Below are positions 28,501 through 38,992 of a stretch of 64,000 bases of DNA, piece by piece (the stretch's first letter is position 1; each line of letters opens with the position of its first letter). Made by a program: the position numbers and the translations under genes. Source of the DNA: a virus (Duplodnaviria; Caudoviricetes); IMG/VR virus record IMGVR_UViG_3300024264_000029, positions 664 through 64,663 of that record, one strand, 5' to 3'. The notes beneath the pieces are model-generated. The model had not been told where the DNA came from and searched no databases. It was given only the letters and a program-made list of their open reading frames with translations.

Positions 28501-31366
28501 TAGGAGAAACTGTGGCAGAAAAGTTTCCAGAATTTATCGATACATCGAATTTTGCCCCACGACCCTTACCATTCATTACATTCAAATTTAAATAACTATC
28601 TGAATTTGCAGCAGTTCCATTCAACACAGACAGCTTTCGGACTTGGCCAGAAACAAAAGAACCATCAACGTTTCCGTCTACAGTTTCATCAATCCGTATC
28701 GTTAAATCATTAGTACCGTCGGCCCCGCCTAGTTTCGAGCCCAAAACAGTTATGATAGAACCAACTACATAATTGCTTCCCCTATCTTTGCCAAACGGAT
28801 CAACTGTTTCATAAGAATTACCAATCTTGTTTACAGAAAATCTCAAATCAGAACCACCAGATACATCTACAGAATATGTCGGTGAAAAGTAAGAATTTAC
28901 AGAATCCGGCATCGCCTTAGCTGGATCCATCAATTGGAATGCAGATATCTGTCCACCTTGTGGGCGGCCGATCGCGGCGAAATCATTAATTCTACCACTA
29001 TCGTCAACTTCTGTCACCTGTATCACCAAATCATGTTCTGGAGTACTTCCGCCAATCAAAGTGCCTGGAATTGTAAAAGTATCACCCACTACATATCCTG
29101 TAGTTGGGGATGGATTATTATTTGAATCTGCATCACTCAAAAGAAGAGAAATAAGTTTTGGATATGTCGCCTGTGTTGTGTCTATATCCCAAACAGCACC
29201 AGTGCCATTTTCAGATGTGGTAGTATATTGTGTATCCTCAATGTCTGTAACAACAACTCCACCAGTTACTGCAGTGATTTTTACAAACACATCGTGAGTA
29301 ATATCTTCGCCCTGTGGGGCAAAATTGCTACCCAATATTTTAACAACATCATTGACTGAATACAATTGGGAATTGTCTGTAGATGAAAGACTAATATTGC
29401 TAATGATATTATTTGTAATTACAACATCAAAATTAGCACCAAATCCCAATCCATTGTTCAACACTGCATCTTGTCTCAGTAGATCTACTGTTGCAGGGAA
29501 TATGGAAGTAGTATTAGCTGTGGTATTTACTACTGAAACTCCAGTAATCGCCCCATCCGCATCTACTGATGTAACTGTTAAATCTAAATCTTGTCTAACT
29601 CTTGTTTCTGTTGGATCCCCCTGATTTATATTGACAATATTTCCCAAAGGAAATTCTACAGGCATTAGTGAAGATTTGTGTCTATATGAAAGTGCATTTG
29701 CCTTTTTATCTAAAAAATAACCCTGATATTGATTATCATTTCTGAATAAGATCTGATCGGTTCCAAGAAATGCTTCATAATCATATAGGATGAAAACATC
29801 GTCATATTTTGTGTCTATATTTTCTATAGAAACTACAGTGTTTGTTGAATTTGCTGGATATATATCTCCGCTCAAAGAAATATCAAAAACAGTCATAGGA
29901 TATTCTAGAGACTCAGGGTTTTGATTAAATATAACTTCATAATTTGTTGTAGTTGAACTTATATCAGCAACTTCGCCAAGACCACCAGAACCCAATGTGC
30001 CAGTATCTGCAAATTCAATCTGTTCTCCAGTAATATATCCTTCACCAGCACCAACAATTTCAATTTCTTCTATGTGGCCAGGCGTAGTGTGTTCTATAAG
30101 AGCAGAGAACCCTGTGCCAGAACCGGCAGACGAAATATATGGGGTCAGTCCACGATTTCTTGGATAGTCTGTGCCTGGGCTTGTTATTTCAAATCCAACA
30201 ACACATTCATATAATTCTTCTTCATAGCTTGTATTATTTGTTTGAAAAATTTCAATTTTTTCTTTACTAGAGAATTCTCCAATAATATTAGTTATAAAAT
30301 ATTCTCTAACTAGATTATTGCCCAATTTAAAATCTTTATAGTATTCTACAATACCTTCTGCTTTGGAAGTTTTTCCAACGACTTTATATGGAGTTTCTAT
30401 TTTTGGATCTGTAGGAGCACTTCTAGTATATGGAATTGCTCTAAGACTCTTATTAGAATCCCAAACATTATTGCTCAATTTAAATATATTTGTTTTGGGG
30501 TAGTAAATATCAATATCTTCATTAAATATAGCACGAAATAAAAACTTAAAAGATGGTTCTGTACCTTTTGATTGGTAGAACTCTTTCATAAACTTTAAAA
30601 AATTCTTTTGATTCGTATAGCTCGTTTTTTTAACTGAGGCATCACTAACAATTTTCTTCACAGCATCTTCGGTGTCTGCAGTAGCAGTTGTTGCCAACAA
30701 AGACTGGATATAAAATCTAACTTTTATTAAGTCATTACTAGTTGGTTTTTGTGGGTCGCCATTACTGTCTATGAATTTTATTTGATTATTATCTAAAATA
30801 TAATCTACATTTTCTACTAACTCTACATAACTACCTAATGCCCCACCAGACTGCAGTTCTGGATCTGTAAGATGTTCAACGATTGCATCTAAAGTAGTTC
30901 CCGTACCTCTAGCAGACCCAGCCGCATTAGAAAAAACTCTAATATCGACAACAGAACTATCATCATTTGGATTGCCAAGATAATATATAGGACTGAAATA
31001 ATTTAATTTAAATGTATGGTTATTTCCATCTGCAAAAAAGTGTTGATCAGAAGTAGTTTCAGTTAAAGATTGAGTATCTGCTTCTACATTTTCATCTGAA
31101 AACTGTAAACCTTTTATTCTTGTAATATTTGGAAAACTATCGGCAAGTTCACTTTTAAACATCGAAACGAATAAATCAAGAGTTTGATCTAGGTCAGTAT
31201 AATCTACGATTTTATTAGTAACTTGTGATACATTACTCTCTTTAGCCATCCACTCATAATAAAGTTCTAAAAACTTAACAAACTTGCCATATTCTTCATC
31301 ACTAGAAATATAGAAAGGAAGTTGGTCTCTAATGTAGGCTGATATGTTTTTAATATTTTCTTGCAT
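25508..31366 (-). CDS. gp7: Baseplate wedge initiator gp7-like, with inserted LamG-like and repeat domains
   Basis: FVKFLELYYEW, FYQSKGTEPSFKFLFRAIFN and ITDSYLWQDYSYVIK...WRKIVKKVLHPAGM.MFGE motifs; lies between gp6 and gp8; WHHIAI..TLYVDG LamG-like segment. Confidence 0.75.
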   Translation of the reverse strand: MQENIKNISAYIRDQLPFYISSDEEYGKFVKFLELYYEWMAKESNVSQVTNKIVDYTDLDQTLDLFVSMFKSELADSFPNITRIKGLQFSDENVEADTQSLTETTSDQHFFADGNNHTFKLNYFSPIYYLGNPNDDSSVVDIRVFSNAAGSARGTGTTLDAIVEHLTDPELQSGGALGSYVELVENVDYILDNNQIKFIDSNGDPQKPTSNDLIKVRFYIQSLLATTATADTEDAVKKIVSDASVKKTSYTNQKNFLKFMKEFYQSKGTEPSFKFLFRAIFNEDIDIYYPKTNIFKLSNNVWDSNKSLRAIPYTRSAPTDPKIETPYKVVGKTSKAEGIVEYYKDFKLGNNLVREYFITNIIGEFSSKEKIEIFQTNNTSYEEELYECVVGFEITSPGTDYPRNRGLTPYISSAGSGTGFSALIEHTTPGHIEEIEIVGAGEGYITGEQIEFADTGTLGSGGLGEVADISSTTTNYEVIFNQNPESLEYPMTVFDISLSGDIYPANSTNTVVSIENIDTKYDDVFILYDYEAFLGTDQILFRNDNQYQGYFLDKKANALSYRHKSSLMPVEFPLGNIVNINQGDPTETRVRQDLDLTVTSVDADGAITGVSVVNTTANTTSIFPATVDLLRQDAVLNNGLGFGANFDVVITNNIISNISLSSTDNSQLYSVNDVVKILGSNFAPQGEDITHDVFVKITAVTGGVVVTDIEDTQYTTTSENGTGAVWDIDTTQATYPKLISLLLSDADSNNNPSPTTGYVVGDTFTIPGTLIGGSTPEHDLVIQVTEVDDSGRINDFAAIGRPQGGQISAFQLMDPAKAMPDSVNSYFSPTYSVDVSGGSDLRFSVNKIGNSYETVDPFGKDRGSNYVVGSIITVLGSKLGGADGTNDLTIRIDETVDGNVDGSFVSGQVRKLSVLNGTAANSDSYLNLNVMNGKGRGAKFDVSINSGNFSATVSPSFAGSGYEVGQTLTISGQRLGYQWIKDNFVAGLSKVGDNALFTNFGYTRTNDIDAVLDEKLTSGELTLDFWYFRKSISVTDLSSPGGTLFSFNVENTGEQKSILWQRPDGTLLLEDGGGNQLTSAQLEFGKWHHIAIHFSNASTTLYVDGKKEDTISSVNMLQYSSGTNFYVGARQEVSADYIMFDYTLGFFGSMRFTSGQRYEEQPINVDGDILVEDRGTENPISGNGLNPIHVNPVPSYRTIRNSTQQQNTFTADQGQTIFALEYDASLQVNILVNDVSNTNFTATDGEQIIFNSGLSEGDIVKVSSYSNIEDDVEYIIYDNTNAAAGNKISLRHADATGIYSTYNLPDGHSLRVKYSARPPAGVSGTRLISKGANYIRQPYGYVRNKTLSYSSQGDGAFFKGMGSSIGGISKVKIFESDIQDEYDGFGVGYDTAPTIDLSSIGNGDAQVTVKTGPLCVREGAYINDQGFLSDNNRITDSYLWQDYSYVIKVGRYIDEWRKIVKKVLHPAGMMMFGEYSITTTAGLRRTTNSAWSQLIYEIIKNINLKVKNMDGLGRWTYGHSDVQDTNNLNSHGIRVTYDNRQPTIDSMIDGLYAGVGTGEISDDTIGAASVDTGSGRYALLDSSNADALDWNLVEKIALNYKDAFGTDNANYYESEIIGNNFTVYDTSDANITSDEWLNTRPWGKYEVTSVEFDDDAEDRYAILSVKYLRHYKTMPNLSPENRVEFRWDNIFRGNVDRQPNHWIGSTADGANPRDEKMIINISGRYNNNKEGDVPTLHTTYRSLERFKFYFTASFPWQNLSPYLFSPQAEMYTSPWLNRRKLIQGTTLTHVARRPTQYNMWYFLPVEVDGDDEWIANTDGTDHKWTNTRIAEITEKSDRKYRAVLDAHVDLNPVYLVMSEEEPNSSTRKRMGPTNLSVERAKFNEKVQMLDYNVDRIDFDENELYLNTFGKYAVPGGLHDKSNFASESNIVTYNSSPSSIEELNIIISSTLVD

Positions 31367-31368
31367 TT

Positions 31369-33408
31369 TTAGTAACCACTACCACTGCTAGAGCTTGATC
31401 CGCTTGAACCAGCAGATGTTTGAGAACTATCTCCATATACTCTAGTTATTGAGCCACTACTTCCACTAGATATAGAAGCAGAGTTTGTATTATAAGAAGT
31501 AGAAACATTTCTAGAAACTACAACCCTCTGCGTTGAGATGTCATAGTTTTCATTAAATTCGTCCGTATCTTCAATAAGATTAACTTCCAACTCATCCATA
31601 TCAATATAAATTATTTGATTTCTAACAGGAAAAATATCATTTGATGCTGGAGTACATGCAATTCCTATCATATCGCCACCCAATACTCCTGTAACATTTA
31701 AGTCTGGAATATCGACCAGACCTGTTGTATAATTTACAGTACCAATAGCATTTAATGTATAAATTCTTGTTCCAAAATTATTGATATTATACATTCTGAT
31801 GCTTCCAAGCCCATTATCGTCTATATAAAATGGAAGTTCGTTTCCAGAAATATAAAATGCGTTTGAGTATATAGAATTTGGAGAAATATTATTACTAAAA
31901 TTAAAAGAATATTTGCTTGATGTATTTACTGTTGCGGATTGTTCATTTATCATTATAATTGTAGTTAAGTTATTGGTAATACTCTCATCTGTTTGGTCAA
32001 TCTTGGCAAGAAATTGAGAATACCTAAAATAACTGTTAAAATCATTCAAGAATTTACTATTATAATCTATGATAGAATTTTTAACAGCAGCTGTCAGATC
32101 TGCAGTTTCTAATAAGGTAGATTCGTTATCATATTTCACTTGAGTATTGATTTTTAATTTAATAAAATCTGGATCAACAATATCTGGAGTAAGTCCTAAA
32201 ACAGAATAATTTTTAACTAAAGAATTCTTTACAGAAACTTTTTCTTGCTCAGACAAATATAATCCACTATTTGGTTTAATAGAAATAAATATTCTACCAT
32301 ATTGTGGAGGGTCATTATCTTCACCACCCCAAACATTCATTGAAGCTGTTTGTGGATAAATTTTTGGAATAATTGTCATATAATCTCTAGAAGTTACTGC
32401 ACGATTTTGTCCTTCAAAAGTTCTTGGAGCATAAAATTTAATCGATTCTATACTCTCTTTATCAGAACCACCATAAGTTCTACCAATTATAGATAAATTG
32501 TTTGGGAAAACAGTAGGAGTTGCTGCCCGTATATTATCAGGAACATCTTTTCCCAACATTGTCATTTGGCCAGTAAGTCCATTTACTGCTGCACCGGCAG
32601 AAGTAACATATCTAATAGTAAGTTCATTTCCAGATACCAAATTTTTTCCAAGAACTCCATCTCCAAACAAAACCTCATAATTTCCATCAGCAGATTCTTG
32701 TAAAAAATATCTAGTGGAAACATCAGTCAATGCCATCGTATCGGTGTTTAATGTATACTCTTCTATGAAATCACTAAATTTATTTTCTTTAACAAAAACT
32801 TTTAACGTAGAAGTATCGACATTTGGGTTTGATATCAAAAATCTTTGATTTACATCAGAAGTGTCCACGATATAACTTTCAGTTACTAAACTACCTTGGA
32901 TTACTTCAAGGTCAAATATTTCGTAAATATGTCTAAACTGGCCATTGTCAATATCAATTGGATCTTGTGAACGATTGACTACTCTCGAAACTGACGGTAC
33001 AAATCTATAGTCAACTCCGTCAACTGATAACTTAAATACAAAATTACTATCAATTTTAATATTTGCAAACTTAGTATTTGATTTATCTCCAATTCTATTC
33101 TCGATCATAAAAACTGATGATAATGTTGCCTTTGCAGATCTTGTAGAGGTTGGGGTATATCCAAGCAATTTTGCTTTGGATACCACGTTGTCTCTAATTC
33201 TGGCGGTGTCCAAAAACATTTCATTTGCCATCATATTCAAATAGAATGAGTTATAATATGTGTTATATCCCAAGATATCAGTAAGAGTATCTAGTGCAGA
33301 ACCTTCAAAGTTATAATCTCTAAAAGTTTCATCCGATTTCATATAGTCTTTTATAGAGGACTTTATAGCCTCAAAATCTAATTCAGATATATTAATGTTT
33401 TTTGCCAT
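31369..33408 (-). CDS. gp6: Baseplate wedge subunit gp6
   Basis: ELDFE.IK..IK.Y, DYNFEGS.L..L.DILGYNTYYN, NEMFLDTA, QNRAVT..DY and VWGGEDNDPPQYGRIFISIKP. Confidence 0.92.
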   Translation of the reverse strand: MAKNINISELDFEAIKSSIKDYMKSDETFRDYNFEGSALDTLTDILGYNTYYNSFYLNMMANEMFLDTARIRDNVVSKAKLLGYTPTSTRSAKATLSSVFMIENRIGDKSNTKFANIKIDSNFVFKLSVDGVDYRFVPSVSRVVNRSQDPIDIDNGQFRHIYEIFDLEVIQGSLVTESYIVDTSDVNQRFLISNPNVDTSTLKVFVKENKFSDFIEEYTLNTDTMALTDVSTRYFLQESADGNYEVLFGDGVLGKNLVSGNELTIRYVTSAGAAVNGLTGQMTMLGKDVPDNIRAATPTVFPNNLSIIGRTYGGSDKESIESIKFYAPRTFEGQNRAVTSRDYMTIIPKIYPQTASMNVWGGEDNDPPQYGRIFISIKPNSGLYLSEQEKVSVKNSLVKNYSVLGLTPDIVDPDFIKLKINTQVKYDNESTLLETADLTAAVKNSIIDYNSKFLNDFNSYFRYSQFLAKIDQTDESITNNLTTIIMINEQSATVNTSSKYSFNFSNNISPNSIYSNAFYISGNELPFYIDDNGLGSIRMYNINNFGTRIYTLNAIGTVNYTTGLVDIPDLNVTGVLGGDMIGIACTPASNDIFPVRNQIIYIDMDELEVNLIEDTDEFNENYDISTQRVVVSRNVSTSYNTNSASISSGSSGSITRVYGDSSQTSAGSSGSSSSSGSGY

Positions 33409-33867
33409 CTATCTTACTCTTTTTACTTTTAAAGTATAGTCAAATACTTCTGTTGCCGGTGGTACTTTATATTTAATTTCAATATTCAACTGATTATTAT
33501 CAGTTGCCCTAGTCACAGAACCTTTTCCATATCTATTTTTCCCATCACCAACAAATTGAACGTCTGTCACTACAACTCTAGGCTCATATTCTGCTATAGT
33601 CAATCTTATAGTTTCTTTTATATTTATTTCGTCTGGAATGGACATATATTCAATGTCTGATATCAATTCAAAAAGATTTCCATACATATTACCACCAAAA
33701 TTCTGAAAGAAAGGTTTTTCACCTTTATTGGTAAGTAAAATATTCACAAGACTCTGTTCAATTGCAGGGAATTTATTTTGCTCGGGAATATCCTTTTTAA
33801 TCTTTATATCTCCAGAAGACATTCTGGTAAATTTTAAATCAAAATCTTTATTAGTTACTAGTGTCAT
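33409..33867 (-). CDS. gp25: Baseplate wedge subunit gp25
   Basis: AI.QSL.NILLT.KGEKPF...FG and I..YEPRV motifs. Confidence 0.85.
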   Translation of the reverse strand: MTLVTNKDFDLKFTRMSSGDIKIKKDIPEQNKFPAIEQSLVNILLTNKGEKPFFQNFGGNMYGNLFELISDIEYMSIPDEINIKETIRLTIAEYEPRVVVTDVQFVGDGKNRYGKGSVTRATDNNQLNIEIKYKVPPATEVFDYTLKVKRVR

Positions 33868-33875
33868 TTTTCTTC

Positions 33876-36152
33876 CTATGGATTTAAATCAATTTTCGGG
33901 GCTTTAATCGTAGTATTCCCACCAGATTCGGTATCTAGAGTTTTTCCTATTTTTGCGTCCACTGCACCAGTAACATTAATATTGACATCTTTATCTACAA
34001 CAATATTTAGGTTTCCTTTTACATAAATATTATTATCACCAAAAACAATTTCATAATTGTCTTTTACTATCTTAGTTACCATGCTGCCATCTGGATGCAT
34101 TTCTTGAAAAGTTCCCGATTTATGCATTACATTAATTCTTTCAGCCCCAGGCGTATCATCAAACTCTTGGACATGTCCAGACTCTGTAAATAATACTTTA
34201 TTGTGGGGATATTTCGCCGCGTATGGATTTTCTGGTTCTTCGAATAGGACAGTTGTGTCTCTAGTCTTTTCTTTTTGTTGTACTGAATATGGTTTATCCT
34301 CAGAGGCGACTCCAGACGCTCCAGAGCCCTTTGCGTTTGTGGTGTAACCATCTGTAGTGGTCGCAGCTGCTGCCTCTGCAGCATCCTTCTGTGCATTCAC
34401 AGAAGACTCTTGAACACTATCGGGTGCAATTTCCCACAACACCGTACCATCTGTCAAATTAGAAGTTCTGGGGCCACCATCAGTTCCAGAAGTTCCTGCT
34501 TTTTTTGCAATATAAACTTTTTGTTCTATAAAAGTAGATTCTCCAGCACCTTTAAGAAGTCTATTGGCGTTTACTTCATGTCCAGCCATTTGATTATTTA
34601 CTTTATCTCTGACTGTTCCGGCAGCACCACCATTATTTGCATCAGTTCTACCATAATACTTTTCACCAACGCCGCCAGCATTGATTGCAGAATAAACTTC
34701 CAATCTTCCCATGCCAGATCTAACACCAGCACCTTTGAGATATTTTACAACAGCACCATTAGGCCCAAGTTGGGAATCTAATGCAGTCTGTTCTGTTGAA
34801 AAATTTGCTCCATATTGTCTGGCTTGCGGTTCTCCAAATTGTATCAGTCCTCTATGCTGCCCCCATTGAGTAGTCGGGCCTTTCTTGCGTGGATCGAAAG
34901 TACCACCTGTTTCATATGATATCACTGTTGCTAAATCTGTTGCAGATATACCCAGAGAGGCAGCAGAAGAAATAATACCAGTTTTCAATGTGAAAGGCGG
35001 CCCTCCAACTGAGTTTTGTCCTTCTGGCAACTTTGGGCCCTTAACCAAGTCTCCAACTGCATATGATGTTTTTTCGTTCCAATCGCTAACATCTAATGTG
35101 GGTTTGGGTTGTGTTTTTGCGCCAGTTCCAGATGGAGTTGAATATGTAGAACCAGTAATTGGTGCTGAGTTACCAACAATTGCACTTTGATTTCCACTTG
35201 CATCTGGAACAATACCATTACGCTTTAGACGAACTGTTCCACGCTCTCCACTTGCCATACTGAAATGCATCGTATCTTTTTTAGAGCTCCAGTCACCACC
35301 CCAACCCAGACCATATTTCTTAGCGATTGCAGATGTGTTTGATGGCATGTCAGTGATAAACCTATCACTATAAGGATTTTCCGCTGGATTGATATCTATT
35401 GACGCACCAGATGCATGATAACTCCATTTACCATTTCCAGCTGCAGATTTTCTATAAACATAACCACCAATACTGTAGATAGTATATCCATTAGGATGAT
35501 TTGGAGAAGGTGTCTTTTCTAATTCATTAATGAATCCTTGAAAATTGTCCTTGAATACTGTAGCAACCCATGCACTCTTACCATTCTTAGTTGTAACTTT
35601 AGATATACGTTTTCTGTTCTCTTCGTCTGAAGATGTTCCAGATTGATCTACATCTTCGCTGTAATGCTTCCCATGTCCACCATCATCAGGTCCAGAAGAA
35701 TCTACGGCAGTTCCAGAAGAACCAGTATCTGGAGGAACGCCTTGAGCAAGTCTGTTAACATCTGTCTCATTAGTTGTAGATGCGCCAGGAACTCTTTCTT
35801 CAGTAGACGGATATGAACCATCCTCTGCTCCTGTAGATGTTTCATTTGGTCGTCCATAGACTGTTCCCCAAATGATAGGGTCTTGGCCGGATTGTCCATC
35901 TCTAAAGAACCCCATAACCCATGCGCCAGGCAATGCACCAGTTGGAGATTGTCCTACACCAGCAATTGCTGCAGATGTGATAGGCATTATCGGGGAGGCC
36001 CAAGGAAGTTTTGTTGTTGGTAGTAATGACCTGTCTTCATTATGAAATCCAAAGATTCTAACTCTAACTCTACCTAATGCTTCGGGGTCGTTTACATCTT
36101 CGACAATTCCTTGCCACCAAACTAAACCTTCTTTACCACTGAAAAAATCCAT
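33876..36152 (-). CDS. gp5: Baseplate hub/needle gp5 with M15 peptidase and lysozyme-like inserts
   Basis: OB-fold (WWQGIVEDVNDPE.LGRVRVRIFG.H, LPWA) and C-terminal YPHNKV..TESGHVQEFDDTPGAERI plus beta-helix; internal SYHASGASIDINP...WGGDW...MHF and ISYETGGTF...GLIQFG. Confidence 0.9.
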   Translation of the reverse strand: MDFFSGKEGLVWWQGIVEDVNDPEALGRVRVRIFGFHNEDRSLLPTTKLPWASPIMPITSAAIAGVGQSPTGALPGAWVMGFFRDGQSGQDPIIWGTVYGRPNETSTGAEDGSYPSTEERVPGASTTNETDVNRLAQGVPPDTGSSGTAVDSSGPDDGGHGKHYSEDVDQSGTSSDEENRKRISKVTTKNGKSAWVATVFKDNFQGFINELEKTPSPNHPNGYTIYSIGGYVYRKSAAGNGKWSYHASGASIDINPAENPYSDRFITDMPSNTSAIAKKYGLGWGGDWSSKKDTMHFSMASGERGTVRLKRNGIVPDASGNQSAIVGNSAPITGSTYSTPSGTGAKTQPKPTLDVSDWNEKTSYAVGDLVKGPKLPEGQNSVGGPPFTLKTGIISSAASLGISATDLATVISYETGGTFDPRKKGPTTQWGQHRGLIQFGEPQARQYGANFSTEQTALDSQLGPNGAVVKYLKGAGVRSGMGRLEVYSAINAGGVGEKYYGRTDANNGGAAGTVRDKVNNQMAGHEVNANRLLKGAGESTFIEQKVYIAKKAGTSGTDGGPRTSNLTDGTVLWEIAPDSVQESSVNAQKDAAEAAAATTTDGYTTNAKGSGASGVASEDKPYSVQQKEKTRDTTVLFEEPENPYAAKYPHNKVLFTESGHVQEFDDTPGAERINVMHKSGTFQEMHPDGSMVTKIVKDNYEIVFGDNNIYVKGNLNIVVDKDVNINVTGAVDAKIGKTLDTESGGNTTIKAPKIDLNP

Positions 36153-37453
36153 TATCTACCGCCTCCACCAAAGCCAACCGGCCCAACCAGCTGGGGAACT
36201 GGAGAAGGAAGAGTTTCGTTGAATGAATCTTTTACTAATTCTAAATCCATAATATATCTCCCACCCTGTATTCTATGTCTCAATGCGAATATTATATATT
36301 TCCCACTATAATATTCATCCTTTTTATCTGGATCAGTTGAACTAAACAAAGGAACATTTAATTCAAGACAATCGCCCGTAACCAAGTCACTATCTCCATA
36401 CACTGTAATTGTACATTTAATATTTTCCATCAATTGTTTATAAAACAGTCTACTTAAAAATATCTTCTCTTGGTTGTATAGCGGCTTGCCAGCAGTCAAT
36501 TCGACTTCTGGAAGGAGATAATAGGATTCTGGGCGATACTGTCTCCCCTGTCCGCTTACATCTTGGATAGGCCCATCATTCATATACTGATAGTCTGTAG
36601 AGTTATCCCAATATGAATGAGTGAAGGTTTTTGTATTTCTTGTAACCATATCTACCGTAGTGAGATTTCCAACATACATACCCTTTGCGATATTATCTAA
36701 AACAGAAAAGTTTGAGTTGAAAGAATATGTTATTACTTTTTTGTTTTCTGAATTTGGATCTAAAAAGGCATCAGGAGCTCCAGATCCAGTATTTTTTAAA
36801 TCTCCCAAAAAGAACTCATTTCTCTTTTCACCCTGTGCCATAGATTCTATAGATTTTAATTTATAACCTTTTGTTGTTTCGAAAAATACATAGGACGAAC
36901 TCTTATATGATTCTGAATATGCTCTATCACATAGAAAATTTATTGCTCGCATAGGAGTCATATTAGGAATTATAATTCCAGTTTCTTGATCATATCTATC
37001 GTCGCTCGGTTCTACATCAAATGTCTTAGATGAATTAATTCTTTCAAAACATTTTTGGGCTATTTCAGTAGCACTCCCTTCAAAGTGTTCAGATATTCTA
37101 GTTTCAAAATTAGAGATCATGTCTTCAGTAACCAATTCCAAATTATAACTTTGTGCTAAATTTTCATTAGATACCGATGATATTTTATGTATTACCATAT
37201 TAAGAGAAATTTGAGTATCACCGCCGCGTGTTTTAAATTGAATCTCAACCTTTTCCTGTCCTATAACTGGCAGGTAGTTCATCAAACCAACATCATCTAA
37301 TATAGTAATTCTTGCTGTAATACTAGAGGAAAATAAATCTTCATATATTTGAATAGAAGAAGCAAGCGTAACTACACTTTGTTTAAATCCATTATGAGAA
37401 GTTATTTCTAATTTAGATAACTCATAATCTCCTAGTTTAGTAAAATCAGACAT
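36152..37453 (-). CDS. Baseplate hub protein (gp27/VgrG-N-like)
   Basis: IYEDLFS..ITA, LP.IGQE, YVFFET..GY and YSGKYII.ALRH motifs; sits between gp53 and gp5. Confidence 0.6.
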   Translation of the reverse strand: MSDFTKLGDYELSKLEITSHNGFKQSVVTLASSIQIYEDLFSSSITARITILDDVGLMNYLPVIGQEKVEIQFKTRGGDTQISLNMVIHKISSVSNENLAQSYNLELVTEDMISNFETRISEHFEGSATEIAQKCFERINSSKTFDVEPSDDRYDQETGIIIPNMTPMRAINFLCDRAYSESYKSSSYVFFETTKGYKLKSIESMAQGEKRNEFFLGDLKNTGSGAPDAFLDPNSENKKVITYSFNSNFSVLDNIAKGMYVGNLTTVDMVTRNTKTFTHSYWDNSTDYQYMNDGPIQDVSGQGRQYRPESYYLLPEVELTAGKPLYNQEKIFLSRLFYKQLMENIKCTITVYGDSDLVTGDCLELNVPLFSSTDPDKKDEYYSGKYIIFALRHRIQGGRYIMDLELVKDSFNETLPSPVPQLVGPVGFGGGGR

Positions 37454-38202
37454 TATTTAGAAGCCTCTTCCCAATCTTTCAAAAAATCATTAATCAAATC
37501 TGTCCGTAATAGTTTTATTCTTCTATTCTTCTCATTATTATCAAAAGCATTATCCCAAACCGAATATAATTTATACTGTTTCTTTTTTTGTATATCTAGA
37601 TTTGCATAAGAACTATTTGAAATCTTATGAGTATCGTCAACAGACATATACCATATTGGAAGTTTTTTTGAAATATCCAATGCTATTATCTTATCGTCCG
37701 ATGTAAGTTTATCCCAAGAAGTTAAAAAATTATTCTGGTTCTCTTGTATTTCTCTACCATTCCAAATATAAAAATCTCCATCAACTCTAGCAAGTTGGCC
37801 AACAGTTCTTGCACTTCTTTGTTGCAGAGAATCCTTATCCAATTCATTATTTTCTTTTTGAGGAATTGCATTTTTTCTTTTTAAATCAAAATATGGAAGA
37901 ATTTCTGGATTATAAGTTTTCTTTATTGAATTGATAAGCTCTGTTTCTGTTCTTGGCCATTCCAAATACCTATCCTTTATATCATTTACCAACAAAATAA
38001 TCCAAGACAATTTAGAATCTTTGTAGTAATTATATGCAATTTTTTCTGGAGTTTCGGAGTCGTGAACTGTATGATCGAAAGTAGAAAGAGGATTGTTTCT
38101 ATATTCTTGCATTACATAAGAATATTTAAAAATATTCTTTACCTCTCTAGATTGTCCATTAAGGTTTATGTCATATTTTATATTGTTTAATCTATCGAAC
38201 AT
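37453..38202 (-). CDS. gp53: Baseplate wedge subunit gp53
   Basis: ETPEKIAYNYY.DS.LSWIILLVNDI.D.Y.EWP and NEKNRRIKLL. Confidence 0.85.
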   Translation of the reverse strand: MFDRLNNIKYDINLNGQSREVKNIFKYSYVMQEYRNNPLSTFDHTVHDSETPEKIAYNYYKDSKLSWIILLVNDIKDRYLEWPRTETELINSIKKTYNPEILPYFDLKRKNAIPQKENNELDKDSLQQRSARTVGQLARVDGDFYIWNGREIQENQNNFLTSWDKLTSDDKIIALDISKKLPIWYMSVDDTHKISNSSYANLDIQKKKQYKLYSVWDNAFDNNEKNRRIKLLRTDLINDFLKDWEEASK

Positions 38203-38203
38203 A

Positions 38204-38992
38204 TTAATATCCTGCCTTTACATCACTTCTGGTTATCAATTGTACTTCTTGGAAAGTCATACTAAGATTTACAACTGATGGAGCTCCACTAGATGCAAAC
38301 ATTCCAAACGAACCATTTCCGCCAAATTCAACATCAAAGTCAGTTAATACACATGGTTTTATTTTATTTAAATGTTTTGATTCTGTACCATCTATCATAT
38401 ATTTTAGTTCAAAGTAATTTGGGGGAGTAAAAAAGTTACCAGCGTTTCCAGATAATTCTGGAGACATATTCATTCTAAAAAATTCTATTATGTCGGTAAG
38501 TACATCCGATTCTTTTTCTGACTTGGGCATTAAATTATATGCATAAGAAAAACTTCTATATTCTGGGCCCTGATACAAAGTATGTCTATTTGCAGCTGCT
38601 GTCGATCTACCTAATGCTTGCGCAGCAAGTGTTGCAGATTCTCCGCCCGCGCCAAGACTAGCAGTTAGTGCATCACCGCCACCACCAATAATTCCTTTTA
38701 TTGTTTTTAATACACCAGACATTTCTGGTGGATTATCGGCATTTCCCTGTTCAAAAATATTTGCGATCCCTGATAATGCAGTACCATCGTTAGTATTTTG
38801 AAAATTTTGTTTTGTTGTATTTTTAATATTTTCTGGAAGGAACAACTGAACAGTACCGACCACTTCCTGTGAAGGTTGGTCATCTCTGGATTTAACTTTT
38901 GTATATCCAGCAACTCGCCCCGAATATGCAGTAAACAATAAATGATCTCCGGCGTTTGGGCCAGATTCAATTGGATAGGTGTAACCTGCCAT
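38204..38992 (-). CDS. gp48: Baseplate tail-tube cap gp48
   Basis: LYQGP.YRSFSY.YNLMPKSE.ES..L..II.FFR, PCVLT...V and LSMTFQEV.LITR. Confidence 0.85.
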   Translation of the reverse strand: MAGYTYPIESGPNAGDHLLFTAYSGRVAGYTKVKSRDDQPSQEVVGTVQLFLPENIKNTTKQNFQNTNDGTALSGIANIFEQGNADNPPEMSGVLKTIKGIIGGGGDALTASLGAGGESATLAAQALGRSTAAANRHTLYQGPEYRSFSYAYNLMPKSEKESDVLTDIIEFFRMNMSPELSGNAGNFFTPPNYFELKYMIDGTESKHLNKIKPCVLTDFDVEFGGNGSFGMFASSGAPSVVNLSMTFQEVQLITRSDVKAGY

